Origin: Candidatus Omnitrophota bacterium
GTDB taxonomy: Bacteria; Omnitrophota; Gorgyraeia; Zapsychrales; Zapsychraceae
Assembly: GCA_003528115.1 (NCBI GenBank)
Contig: DOGZ01000017.1
Coordinates: forward strand, 8,795-72,794
Reading direction: 5' to 3'
DNA length: 64,000 nucleotides
A program made the position numbers and the translations under genes. Position 1 is the stretch's first letter, and the number at the start of each line of letters is the position of its first letter. This document shows positions 1 to 9,545 of the stretch, in pieces. Under the pieces are notes generated by a model. That model saw only the letters and a program-made list of their open reading frames with translations. It had not been told where the DNA came from and made no database searches.

Positions 1-1
1 T

Positions 2-265
2 AAGGTAAGAATCATCGAGAATGAAAATATTCCCTCGGATAAAATTTATATTGGAGCCATTGTTACCATGAAGGATCTTGATCAGGAAGAAGAGCTGCAG
101 TATATGTTGGTCTCTCCTGAAGAGGCGGATTATGAGGCGAATAAACTTTCGATATTTTCTCCGGTTGGAAAGGCTTTGATGGGCCAATCCGAAGGCCAGC
201 AATTGGAGATCAAGGTCCCTGCCGGGGTTTTAAGATACATGATTGTTAAAATAGAACGTCCCTAA
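2..265 (+). CDS. greA: Transcription elongation factor GreA, C-terminal part (5' end outside window)
   Basis: Frame is open from nt 2: KVRIIENENIPSDKIYIGAIVTMKDLD...YMLVSPEEADYEANKLSIFSPVGKALMG...VPAG, a typical GreA/B C-terminal domain. Confidence 0.93.
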   Translation, partial: KVRIIENENIPSDKIYIGAIVTMKDLDQEEELQYMLVSPEEADYEANKLSIFSPVGKALMGQSEGQQLEIKVPAGVLRYMIVKIERP

Positions 266-290
266 GGCAATTTATTCACTTCCGCAAAGG

Positions 291-1787
291 TCAATCATCC
301 TGCCAGAGAGAGTAAAAGACCCAAAACAGGACCATGGGCAAGACAGCAAAGAGTATGCGATGCAAAGAAACCTGTAACCACCAGCCAATCTCAAAATACG
401 TGTTTACTAAGTAATAAAAGGTAATGATCAGTCCATAGCTTATCAAGAATCCAGGGAGGATAATAAGCCGTGGATGCAGGCATTTCCATTTACTCAAGAT
501 TAATCCCACCATTGCCGCGAGCCATAGCCCATGCCATTTGTGTTCGAGGTATTCAGGCGCTATTCCGGTATGGAATGATTTGAAGAAAACAAACACATTC
601 CAGAGCGGCATTCCTAATTCAAAAAAATAAAATCCGAGGATCGTTTTAATCCTAAGAGGTGTTATGGGTTTTTCCGCTGAAGAAAGACCGTTAATAAAGG
701 TAATGTTGTCTGGAGCATAAAATAGGTTAAAGACAAGTGCAGGAAGAAACCCGATGAAAGCGCCTGTCAGAAAAGTTCGGATCATAGGAAAGGCACCTTT
801 TATTTTTTCAGGAGGCGCTCCGTTACAGACCGATGGGGTTTTCCAAATGAGAAATGGAACAGCCAAGATTAAAAGAATCAGTGAAGCGATGAGGCCTTCA
901 CTCTTTGTGAAACTTAGTAAACCTGTAAAGAGACCGGCTAGGAGCGCCAACGACGGGCAGTTATCGTGTTTGGCTTTGATCAGACAGAAGAGACTCGCGA
1001 GAAGATAAAATCCCAGCACATGGTCACAATACTGGCTGAGCGATAGTTTATTAAAAAGAGGAAGTGTCAGTAAGACAAGGCTGGGAAGAAACGCGTAGGG
1101 GCTTCGGGTTAAGTCCTTGAGACCGCAGTAGAGCAGTCCTAAAGAGAGCAGGGTGAACAAAAATGAAGTGAAAATTGGCCCATCAAAAGTCGCTTGATTA
1201 ATACAGAGCCAACTCCAGACGTTGAGAAGAGGCAAGAATAACGGGTAATGGGGACTGGATCGCCAAAGAATAGGGCTCAAGAGATTTTTCCAGTGCTCTC
1301 CACCGAGAAATAAAAATTTAGCTTTTAAATTCCAAGTCGACCAGGCGTCCCAGCCGCCATAAACGTAAAAATGGGATTGATACCATAAAGGGAGCACCAT
1401 GAGGATAAGTAACAAGACGGTGAGGCCCGCCTTGAATGGAGAGCATGTGGGAAAAAAGAAAATCTTTTTTGTTTGGAAACAACCCTTAGCCCTCGAGAGG
1501 CGGTGGGGATCTGTGCGTCGTTGATGAATGAACATATTCATAAGAAGAAGGATGAGGAAAAAGAAGATATGAAAGGCAATAACAAAGTAGCGGTGGAGCT
1601 GGTTAAAGACGATAAAACTAATGAATGTCAATTGGGTGCTGACCGCCAGGCCTAAACCAAAAGACAAGATCAATTTAAGGGAAAGAGCGATCTTCCGTTG
1701 GGGTTGAATAAGTAAGGTCAACAACAAATATCCAATGCCTAGGGAAATAAGGTAAGGAAGGTAGGTTAAAAGTGTTGGCAGTAACAT
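291..1787 (-). CDS. Polytopic membrane protein, GT-C-like (ArnT/PMT-related) glycosyltransferase; paralog A
   Basis: About 12 hydrophobic segments; WDAWxxWNLKAKFL, HYPLFLP, QYCD and FTKSEG motifs are shared with 5116-6519. ORF track start is 1793; ATG at 1787 used. Confidence 0.65.
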   Translation of the reverse strand: MLLPTLLTYLPYLISLGIGYLLLTLLIQPQRKIALSLKLILSFGLGLAVSTQLTFISFIVFNQLHRYFVIAFHIFFFLILLLMNMFIHQRRTDPHRLSRAKGCFQTKKIFFFPTCSPFKAGLTVLLLILMVLPLWYQSHFYVYGGWDAWSTWNLKAKFLFLGGEHWKNLLSPILWRSSPHYPLFLPLLNVWSWLCINQATFDGPIFTSFLFTLLSLGLLYCGLKDLTRSPYAFLPSLVLLTLPLFNKLSLSQYCDHVLGFYLLASLFCLIKAKHDNCPSLALLAGLFTGLLSFTKSEGLIASLILLILAVPFLIWKTPSVCNGAPPEKIKGAFPMIRTFLTGAFIGFLPALVFNLFYAPDNITFINGLSSAEKPITPLRIKTILGFYFFELGMPLWNVFVFFKSFHTGIAPEYLEHKWHGLWLAAMVGLILSKWKCLHPRLIILPGFLISYGLIITFYYLVNTYFEIGWWLQVSLHRILFAVLPMVLFWVFYSLWQDD

Positions 1788-1829
1788 CGACAACAGCGAA
1801 CTCCATTTCTATATCGAATAGGATTTTCT

Positions 1830-2306
1830 CTAAAAATGTGAACCGGGGTTAGCGAAGATATCTTTCCTTGCAAGGATGACTCCGAACTGATTTCTTCGCC
1901 AAGGGGCCGCTCCAATCTTTTCCATTTCTTGCCAAGCCACCGATTCTTTTGAGCAGAAGAAAATAATATATTCATGCTCCAGATTGTTTAAATCAAGAAT
2001 CGTAGGGGCCAAAATGAATTGGGCATGAGAAAACTGCTTGCTGTGTTCTTGTTGGTTGAGATCGTTATCTGTGTAGTAGCCGACGATTTCCTCCCCCTTC
2101 ACAAACTCTTCCAAGCCTGCAAATTTATAACCGATGTTTTGGTAAGGAAGAACTTTCTTGAACATGTAAACGTCTTTGACGGTCTTTATTAAATCCACGG
2201 CATTGAATAAGGTGATGGCCAACAGGCAAAGGACAAAGAAAAATTTGGAAAAACTCCGAGGTTGTCGAGGGGGAAAGGTCAGTTTTATATTGGATACGAG
2301 TGACAT
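1830..2306 (-). CDS. Small N-terminally anchored hypothetical protein; partner paralog A
   Basis: One hydrophobic segment, then a domain with HAQFILAPTILDLNN, also found in 6519-6938. Confidence 0.75.
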   Translation of the reverse strand: MSLVSNIKLTFPPRQPRSFSKFFFVLCLLAITLFNAVDLIKTVKDVYMFKKVLPYQNIGYKFAGLEEFVKGEEIVGYYTDNDLNQQEHSKQFSHAQFILAPTILDLNNLEHEYIIFFCSKESVAWQEMEKIGAAPWRRNQFGVILARKDIFANPGSHF

Positions 2307-2327
2307 AGTTAAGTAGAGATAAAATGG

Positions 2328-3023
2328 TTAAAACGGTCGAAGGTTTATTTTCTCTTTCAACATTGCCGTAGGATCATTCCTGTTATTCCGTTGGTCCGTT
2401 TGTTTCAAAGCCTTAAGCTCTGAATAACTTAAAATAAGAAGCAGACGAACCGCGGCATAACCATTTCTTAAATGGGTTGTTATATCATAATGGTCGTGTC
2501 CTGAGCCTAAAAGGATTTGTTTATAAATCATGGAGGTATTTATTATTTTGATGTTAACTTCCGGCTGAGTGGTCAGGGCCTTTTGAAAAGACTCAACGGC
2601 TTCAGAATAACGGCCTTCTTTGTAATCAATGAGGCCAAGATTGTAGTGTGACCAAAAGAAATGAGGATTCAGTAAAGCGGCTTTTTTGTAGGCCTCCAAG
2701 GACTTCTGTTTTTCCCCGGTGTGGTAATAACAAAATCCCAACAGGCCATAGGCCTCAGCCAATTGAGGCATGTAGAGAACCACCTTTTCGTAGTATTGAA
2801 TGCAGCCTCGGAGTTTCTTTTTGTCGGGGACTTCCTGGTCATCCATAATTCCTGTGAGATGGACAAAGGAAGGCAGAAGCCGGTTTAATACGGTGATCTT
2901 GGCCGCGTTCAGGCTTTTAGGATGATCGATCGTTGCGTGAAAGAATACCCAGGCGAACAGATACAAGATCATGACACGGTTTCCATAAAACAGGAAACGA
3001 GTTATCAGAAGACTGTTCTTCAT
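2328..3023 (-). CDS. Membrane-anchored TPR protein
   Basis: N-terminal hydrophobic segment; TPR motifs (AEAYGLLGFCYY, WSHYNLGLIDY...EAVESFQKAL); ATG at 3023 overlaps the upstream stop (ATGA). Confidence 0.8.
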   Translation of the reverse strand: MKNSLLITRFLFYGNRVMILYLFAWVFFHATIDHPKSLNAAKITVLNRLLPSFVHLTGIMDDQEVPDKKKLRGCIQYYEKVVLYMPQLAEAYGLLGFCYYHTGEKQKSLEAYKKAALLNPHFFWSHYNLGLIDYKEGRYSEAVESFQKALTTQPEVNIKIINTSMIYKQILLGSGHDHYDITTHLRNGYAAVRLLLILSYSELKALKQTDQRNNRNDPTAMLKEKINLRPF

Positions 3024-5119
3024 GATTTTCTCAGGGAGAATGTTATCCATAAAAACAAAAGGCTGATCAATAGGAAATAAAATAGAGCTAATAACACGTA
3101 ATTCATAAGATAAGCCCCAGAAGTGCCGAAATGAAAATAGACGACATTTTCTCCCGGCGGAATCCAGAGGCCTTTAAAAGCAATGTTGGCTCGTTCCACA
3201 GGGACAGGTTGCCTGTTAACAAAGGCCTGCCACCGGCTGTCAAAGGAGTCATTATAAACAAGAAATTTACGAGACGGGAAATTGGTTTTTACTTTTATTG
3301 AGTTCATATTGTAGGACAACAAACGGAATTCGGGGGCGTCTTTTTCAATAACCAAGGCTTCCTTAGGAACGTCCCGGGAATCCGCCCCATCTTCCCCGGA
3401 AGAAGAAACAAAGGCCACGTTTCTTTGTTCAGCGAAAGCTTGCTCGACTTCTTTAAAGCTCAAATTCTTATCGGAAATGTTTTCGGTGCGGTCATAAAGG
3501 ATAAATTTATGACTTAGATATTTTCCAAAAATTGTATAATCCAGCCGGCTGTTGGCCAAGTGGTACCACTTTGTCCCGAAATATATTTTTTGTGTGTGGT
3601 CAGGACTGTGGGTATAACTAAAATCCGTGAACGGCCGGTCATACGTGGATGGCCCCGCGTAGGACGGGGAATTGAGGCTGAGATGATAATAGACTTCTGT
3701 CGCGGGAAGGAAAACGAGCCCTAAGAGAAAGATCAGGGTTGAGATTTCTTTACTGATCAATCTTCCATTGAAGATGAGGATAAAGAAAATAAAACTGAAG
3801 CAAATGGTCAAAAAAGAGGTGAGAGACGCCGTCTTGGTGAAGATTGTAAGGAGAAAGCCAATGAAGTGAACGGCCAGGAGAAAAGCCATCGTTAAAATGT
3901 TTTCTTTTTTTGTGGTTGGACGATGAGTTAGGATTGAACGGAACAATTCCGTGACAAAGAGAATCAATAGAGGGAGAAGGATGAGCCAGAGAAAAAAGTG
4001 TGAATTTCTGAAATACTTAAAAAAGAAGACATGCGTGTATAAATAGGAATAAATAGGTAACTGAGGGGTGGTGATGAGAAAGACGAGGAGGCTCCAGATG
4101 AAAAACAGTAGAAGTTTTTTGTTAATTCTGCTCATCGCCCCGAGGCTGAATATCAGATAGGCAAAGAGGGGGATATATAAGACTTTAAAGTGCATGTCCG
4201 GGAGATTGGATAAAAGATAAGAAAAATATACCTCCTCACCGATGCTCCATTCGGTAATTTTATTTATATTGACCTCGAGGGCGTTTTGAGACGAGGAGGC
4301 GTCTGCTCTAAAGGGCAGCGTGAATTCGCCTCTGGATGATTCGTGAAAAAATGTAATGGAAGGCAGGGCGGATAAGAGAAGGGCCGCCAGGCAGAAGCCC
4401 GCGAAGATTTTGTTGTGGTTGAGAAAAGATAGATTCCTTCGGCAGATGGTTAAGAAATCCTGGAAGAAAATAATAATAAAACAAAAGACAAAAGATAAAA
4501 AGATAGTGGCGAAATAAAAGGGAATATACGTGGTCATGAGAAGCATGAAACAGAAAATCAGGCCTAGAAAAGAATGTTTTTGCGGGTTTCTGGAGAAATC
4601 CACCAGAAAAAAGAAAAACCAAATCATGGGGACGAATATGAGGTGGAGATAGGAGTCGAAGAGATTTGTCCCCAGAGAAGAGAACAGGAGAAGGAGGTAA
4701 GCCAAAAAAGCGGACTTTGTATCCCGAAAAATTAAGTGCGCCAGTTTATAGAAACCAAATATGCCCAGAAAGTAGTATGCGCCTAGAAAGGCAAGATAGG
4801 CCAGCGTGTAGTTGAGGCCCATCCCTTGAAGAATAAGAATAAAACCATAAAAAGGATTATAAGCGCCGATTCGGCGTAAAAAGAAATCGTTAGGCGCGCC
4901 TGATTCCCATGTCGGGTTCCATAAAGGAAAGACCCCGCGGCTCACATTATCTAAAAAGAATTTGATTTGTTCGTAGTAGGATACCGCGTCGTGAACGAGG
5001 GCTAATTTGGCGGAAAGAAAATCGCGGAACAAAAATACCCATAAAAGAAAAGAAAAAATAATGATCCAGTAAGGATTTTTAATATGAGGCAGGAAATGGG
5101 GATGTTTGGGCGGCATCAT
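3020..5119 (-). CDS. YfhO-like large polytopic membrane protein (GT-C-like)
   Basis: N-terminal D...GVFPLWNPTWESGAP motif, many TM helices, and a C-terminal soluble domain with FLVYNDSFDSRWQAFVN...RANIAFKGLWIPPGEN typical of YfhO. Confidence 0.75.
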   Translation of the reverse strand: MMPPKHPHFLPHIKNPYWIIIFSFLLWVFLFRDFLSAKLALVHDAVSYYEQIKFFLDNVSRGVFPLWNPTWESGAPNDFFLRRIGAYNPFYGFILILQGMGLNYTLAYLAFLGAYYFLGIFGFYKLAHLIFRDTKSAFLAYLLLLFSSLGTNLFDSYLHLIFVPMIWFFFFLVDFSRNPQKHSFLGLIFCFMLLMTTYIPFYFATIFLSFVFCFIIIFFQDFLTICRRNLSFLNHNKIFAGFCLAALLLSALPSITFFHESSRGEFTLPFRADASSSQNALEVNINKITEWSIGEEVYFSYLLSNLPDMHFKVLYIPLFAYLIFSLGAMSRINKKLLLFFIWSLLVFLITTPQLPIYSYLYTHVFFFKYFRNSHFFLWLILLPLLILFVTELFRSILTHRPTTKKENILTMAFLLAVHFIGFLLTIFTKTASLTSFLTICFSFIFFILIFNGRLISKEISTLIFLLGLVFLPATEVYYHLSLNSPSYAGPSTYDRPFTDFSYTHSPDHTQKIYFGTKWYHLANSRLDYTIFGKYLSHKFILYDRTENISDKNLSFKEVEQAFAEQRNVAFVSSSGEDGADSRDVPKEALVIEKDAPEFRLLSYNMNSIKVKTNFPSRKFLVYNDSFDSRWQAFVNRQPVPVERANIAFKGLWIPPGENVVYFHFGTSGAYLMNYVLLALFYFLLISLLFLWITFSLRKS

Positions 5120-6519
5120 GGCTTTTTCTTTGAGCGTGGATTCGGTGATTCCGGTTTCGTATGTTCAGGCAGACGCCAGAAGGTGTAAAAACAACAAAAT
5201 AGAAGGGAGGGGAGTAAATAAAAGAATATTCTTCCCAGCGTGCTTTTGAGCCGCCAGGCAAGATCGAAATTGGCCGTTGTCAGATAAATAATGATGACGA
5301 CGCCCCCATAAACGATAAAAAATAAAGACAGAATCTTACGTTCTTTATAGAAAAATTTTTGGAACCCGGCAAAAAATATAAAAAGGATAAATATCCATAT
5401 GTGACACCAGCGTTCATGAAGAATCTCGCGCCCCAAGGCGGAAAAAATGAGCCAGACGCCTTGTCCATTAAAAAATCTTAATTCTCTGGCGGCGTAGTCG
5501 ATCAGAATGTCCCGGTTGGGCGGCGCTAAAAACAATTTAAAAAAAATGGTTGTCCAGATTGTCAAGATAAGCCCGATGAATATTCCTTGAAGTTGTTGGA
5601 AGGAACTCTTTTGATCTTTCTCTTTATTCCAAAGAAGATAAGCCACAAGCAAGCTTATCAGGACCATCATCATGACGAGACCTTCATTTTTGATGAAGGT
5701 CAATAATCCAAGGAGCATACCCAGCAAAACAGCCGAGCCGGCGTTTTTTGTCGTAAGCATTATCATGGCGATGATCAAACTGGCTAAGAGGTAGAAGGCC
5801 AGAAGAATATCGGCATATTGGGCGGTGGCACAAAATACATAATAAGGATGCAGGAGCAGGAGGCTGGAGGCCAGAAGGGCGATTTCTTTTTTAATAAATT
5901 GCCTTAATCCGGCGTAAAGCAGGATATTACACGACATAGCAAACAGTACCGCCGTAGTTAAGCTGATCTGTTGAAGCGGAGCTCCGGAAAAGGCGTGAAT
6001 CCACACATTGATAAAAGGGAGAAGGAGGGGATAGTCCGGTTGGGTGTGCCAATGGAGTTTATCAAAGATACTACGCCAGGAATCTCCGCTTAAGACAAGG
6101 AATTTTGTCTTCATATTCCACAAGGCCCACGCGTCCCATTGTCCAAAGGGATGTTTGGAGGCTATAAAGTAAATCACAAAAGACAGAACGGTCCACAGCG
6201 CGCAAGCCGCCAAGTCAATCAGAGGCGGATTATCCCAAGAGACGGGGGGAATAGGGGTATTGTTTTGTTTTTGATGAAAAAAGAGGTTGAGCAAAAATAA
6301 CAACATCAGGAGCCCGAGCATAAAACAGGTTATGGCGGGTGGATTAAACTTGTTGAACAACAGGAAGGACAGAAATGTGACGGCGGCGGAGAATCCCAAC
6401 CCAATACCGACAGCCAGAGGCACGATCAAGAGGAAGGGGATTTTTTTTGAGTTCCGCGTAAGAAGATGAAGGATGAGAAAACCCATGAGAAACGATATAA
6501 AATAGGCCAGTAAAAACAT
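5116..6519 (-). CDS. Polytopic membrane protein, GT-C-like glycosyltransferase; paralog B
   Basis: WDAWALWNMKTKFL, PDYPLLLP, QYAD and FIKNEG motifs; colinear with 291-1787. Confidence 0.65.
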   Translation of the reverse strand: MFLLAYFISFLMGFLILHLLTRNSKKIPFLLIVPLAVGIGLGFSAAVTFLSFLLFNKFNPPAITCFMLGLLMLLFLLNLFFHQKQNNTPIPPVSWDNPPLIDLAACALWTVLSFVIYFIASKHPFGQWDAWALWNMKTKFLVLSGDSWRSIFDKLHWHTQPDYPLLLPFINVWIHAFSGAPLQQISLTTAVLFAMSCNILLYAGLRQFIKKEIALLASSLLLLHPYYVFCATAQYADILLAFYLLASLIIAMIMLTTKNAGSAVLLGMLLGLLTFIKNEGLVMMMVLISLLVAYLLWNKEKDQKSSFQQLQGIFIGLILTIWTTIFFKLFLAPPNRDILIDYAARELRFFNGQGVWLIFSALGREILHERWCHIWIFILFIFFAGFQKFFYKERKILSLFFIVYGGVVIIIYLTTANFDLAWRLKSTLGRIFFYLLPSLLFCCFYTFWRLPEHTKPESPNPRSKKKP

Positions 6520-6938
6520 TATTTTCTCTTTTGCGCTAAAATTTTTTGATATTCATTATCTTTGATGGGAACCGCGTTGATTTTCTTCAAGACATAGTTA
6601 AGGTAAACAGGGCTGGTGTAATCCAATATAACAAATTGATGGTCGGCATTATTAAGATCCAGGATCGTAGGGGCCAGGAAATATTGGGCTTGAAGGAATT
6701 CGCCTTCATTTTTTTCAGGAGAAGTATCTTTATTAGTAAGAAAGCCGGCCTCCTTGACGCCGTGCAGGATTTCTTGAAAGTCCGCGTATTGGGAGCCGGG
6801 TTCAACCACGGCGATTTTCTTCCCGGCTTGAGTCATAACGTAAACGAATAGAAAGAAGGCATTGTAACAAACCAAGAATATAGTCGCCGTTAGGAGGATT
6901 GTTTCTAACTGAAGGCACTTAGTGAGGAAGCGTTTCAT
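6519..6938 (-). CDS. Small N-terminally anchored hypothetical protein; partner paralog B
   Basis: One TM segment, then QAQYFLAPTILDLNN; stop overlaps the next start by 1 nt. Confidence 0.75.
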   Translation of the reverse strand: MKRFLTKCLQLETILLTATIFLVCYNAFFLFVYVMTQAGKKIAVVEPGSQYADFQEILHGVKEAGFLTNKDTSPEKNEGEFLQAQYFLAPTILDLNNADHQFVILDYTSPVYLNYVLKKINAVPIKDNEYQKILAQKRK

Positions 6939-7041
6939 CTTAGGAAATTAAGGGTTTTTAAAAAGATTTTTTTATGCTGGATTCAGCTTAGAGCGACATT
7001 ATACAACTAAGTTTCTTATCGGGGAAATCTTTAAATAAAAC

Positions 7042-7070
7042 TTTCTAATCCATTTGGAAATCAGTATAAT
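7042..7070 (+). promoter_or_regulatory. Putative sigma70 promoter of the oxidoreductase operon
   Basis: TTTCTA-17 nt-TATAAT in the AT-rich divergent intergenic region. Confidence 0.45.
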
Positions 7071-7117
7071 ACCCGCTGTTTACCAGGGAAAGAATTCACA
7101 AGTCGGGAGGGGTTTGA

Positions 7118-8131
7118 TTGGTTAATGTTGGTATCATAGGCTGCGGCCATTGGGGGCCGAATCATATAAGGATTTTTTCTCATTTGCCGAATTCCAAGGC
7201 CTTTATGTGCGCGGATTTGGATGAGAAGCGATTGAAAGCGATTAAAGACACGTTTCTGAATATCCACATTACCACGGATTATCAAGATATTCTGCGAAGC
7301 CCTGATATTGATGCCGTGTGTGTCGCCTCGCCGACAAACACTCATTTTCGGTTGACCAAAGAGGCGTTGGAACATGGGAAACACGTTCTTTGTGAAAAAC
7401 CCCTGGCTCTTTCGGCAGGAGAATGTCGGGAGTTAAAGGAATTGGCGGCCAAACAAAAGAAGTTTCTTATGGTGGGGCACGTCTTTCTTTTTAATTCAGG
7501 CATTGTTTGGCTCAAGGATTTTATTCAATCGGGCGGGTTGGGGCGGATTTATTATGCCTATTCGACTCGAACCAATCTCGGGCCGTTCCGGTATGACGTT
7601 AACGCGTTATGGGATTTGGCGCCGCACGATATCTCCATTTTTAATTTTTTGTTTAATAGCCATCCTGTGAATGTCTCGGCCAGGGGGCAGAAATGTCTCG
7701 GGAATTCTTTGGAAGACATCACTTTTGCGACGTTGGAATATGCCGGAAATATCACGGTGAATATCCATATCAGTTGGCTTGACCCTCGCAAGGTCAGGCA
7801 GATCACGATCGTGGGCGATAAGAAGATGGTGATTTGGGATGATTTGGATAATGTCGGGCCGATTAAATTGTATGATAAACATGTTGAAAAGACAGCGGTC
7901 TTTTATGAAACGTACGGGGAGTTTCAGTTATTATCTAATGAAGGCAGTATCACGATTCCGCATATAGGTTTTAGAGAACCGCTCAAGGCGCAGGGACAGT
8001 ATTTTATTGATTGTATCGAGAAAAATATTTCTCCGGATATGTGTGACGCTCAAAAAGGCATGGACGTTGTCCGAACGTTATGCGCTGTTCAGGAATCTGT
8101 TGAGCAAAACGGGGCGTGCGTGAGAACTTGA
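7118..8131 (+). CDS. Gfo/Idh/MocA-family NAD-dependent oxidoreductase (probable nucleotide-sugar dehydrogenase)
   Basis: GIIGCGHWG Rossmann motif, HVLCEKP, WDLAPHD; GGAGG RBS before the TTG start. Confidence 0.9.
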   Translation: MVNVGIIGCGHWGPNHIRIFSHLPNSKAFMCADLDEKRLKAIKDTFLNIHITTDYQDILRSPDIDAVCVASPTNTHFRLTKEALEHGKHVLCEKPLALSAGECRELKELAAKQKKFLMVGHVFLFNSGIVWLKDFIQSGGLGRIYYAYSTRTNLGPFRYDVNALWDLAPHDISIFNFLFNSHPVNVSARGQKCLGNSLEDITFATLEYAGNITVNIHISWLDPRKVRQITIVGDKKMVIWDDLDNVGPIKLYDKHVEKTAVFYETYGEFQLLSNEGSITIPHIGFREPLKAQGQYFIDCIEKNISPDMCDAQKGMDVVRTLCAVQESVEQNGACVRT

Positions 8132-8140
8132 GGAGATGGG

Positions 8141-8701
8141 ATGGGATATTTCAAACATGAAAAAGCTCTGGTTCACGCCGAGGCGAAGATCGGTGATGAA
8201 ACGAGGATCTGGGCCTTTGCCAATATTCAGGCCGGAGCGGTGATAGGCCGTGGATGTAATATCTGCGACGGCAGTTTCGTGGAAAAAGGGGCCATTGTCG
8301 GGAATTACGTCACCATCAAACACCATGTTTCGGTTTTCGACGGGGTCACCATTGAGGATGATGTCTTTATCGGCTCGAACATTGCTTTTATTAATGATCG
8401 CTATCCGCGCAGCCATCGTAACGATCCCTGGACGCTGGAAAAGACCCTTGTTGAAAAAGGGGCCACATTGGGGAGTAATGCCGTTGTCCTTTGTGGGATC
8501 ACTATCGGAACGTATGCCGTTGTCGGCGCCGGGAGCGTGGTCACTAAAAATGTGCCGGCGTATGCCATTGTCGTTGGGAATCCGGCTGAATTCAAAGGAT
8601 ATGCCTGCCGATGCGGACGAAAATTGGACCAGGATTTAAGGTGCGGCTGCGGGCGGCAGTATGCGTTAAAGGGAAAAGAGTTGAAGGGTATTGATCGTTA
8701 A
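8141..8701 (+). CDS. Hexapeptide-repeat sugar N-acetyltransferase (WbpD/WlbB-like) with C-terminal Cys knuckle
   Basis: Left-handed beta-helix repeats, FINDRYPRS, VVGNPA, terminal CRCG...CGCG. Confidence 0.88.
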   Translation: MGYFKHEKALVHAEAKIGDETRIWAFANIQAGAVIGRGCNICDGSFVEKGAIVGNYVTIKHHVSVFDGVTIEDDVFIGSNIAFINDRYPRSHRNDPWTLEKTLVEKGATLGSNAVVLCGITIGTYAVVGAGSVVTKNVPAYAIVVGNPAEFKGYACRCGRKLDQDLRCGCGRQYALKGKELKGIDR

Positions 8702-8762
8702 ATGGATTTTGTGAAGCGTGAGGAGATACGGATCAGGCTTTACGGGAAGAGTGGTTAATTTC

Positions 8763-9494
8763 ATGCGACCTGTTCTTGTTTGTCCGATTGCCTACAATGA
8801 GAATGTCAAGCTGAAGAATGCCATTGAGCGTTTCTTGAAAAGCGGCGTGAAAGATCGGGCAGATTATTTGATTATCGATGATGCCTCGGATGACGGCACG
8901 ACGGAGATGATTCAATCATACGCCGGGCAAGGGGTCAGGACCATCAAGCATGCCCAACGGCAAGGCGTGGGATCCGCGATCCGGACGGGGATCAGATTTG
9001 CCCAAAAAGAAGGGTATGACGTGTTGGTTATTATGGCGGGTAATGATAAAGATAATCCCCAAGAGATCCCGCGCTTGATTGATCCTATCATGAAAGAGGG
9101 TTATGATTTTGTTCAGGGATCACGTTATAAAGGGCCTACAGGCATAGGCGGGGATATGCCGTTTTACCGCAAGGTAGCTACCAGGGTGCATCCTTGGCTG
9201 ATGTCTTTGATAACGCGACGGAGATTAACGGATACAACCAACGGTTTCAGGGCTTTTAAACTTGCGTTCTTTGAGGATATACGTATGAATATTGATCAGG
9301 CGTGGTTGAATCAATATGAACTGGAGCCGTATTTGTTGTATAAGGCTATCCAATTGGGATATAAATTTACTGAAGTCCCGGTGACGAAAATTTACCCCGC
9401 GAAGAAATTGGGGTATACAAAGATGAAACCGTTAACCGGCTGGTGGAGCATATTACGGCCGGTTATTTATTTAGGTCTTGGGATCAAGAAATAG
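8763..9494 (+). CDS. GT2 glycosyltransferase, polyprenol-phosphate (DPM1-like) type
   Basis: PIAYNE, IIDDASDDGT, GVGSAIRTG, DFVQGSRY, TDTTNGFRAF, EVPV; the DxD site reads MAGNDKD. Confidence 0.85.
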   Translation: MRPVLVCPIAYNENVKLKNAIERFLKSGVKDRADYLIIDDASDDGTTEMIQSYAGQGVRTIKHAQRQGVGSAIRTGIRFAQKEGYDVLVIMAGNDKDNPQEIPRLIDPIMKEGYDFVQGSRYKGPTGIGGDMPFYRKVATRVHPWLMSLITRRRLTDTTNGFRAFKLAFFEDIRMNIDQAWLNQYELEPYLLYKAIQLGYKFTEVPVTKIYPAKKLGYTKMKPLTGWWSILRPVIYLGLGIKK

Positions 9495-9545
9495 GTGAAC
9501 GTGCAGGCCATTTGTCATGAAACCTTACAGGGAGAGGACAGAACG

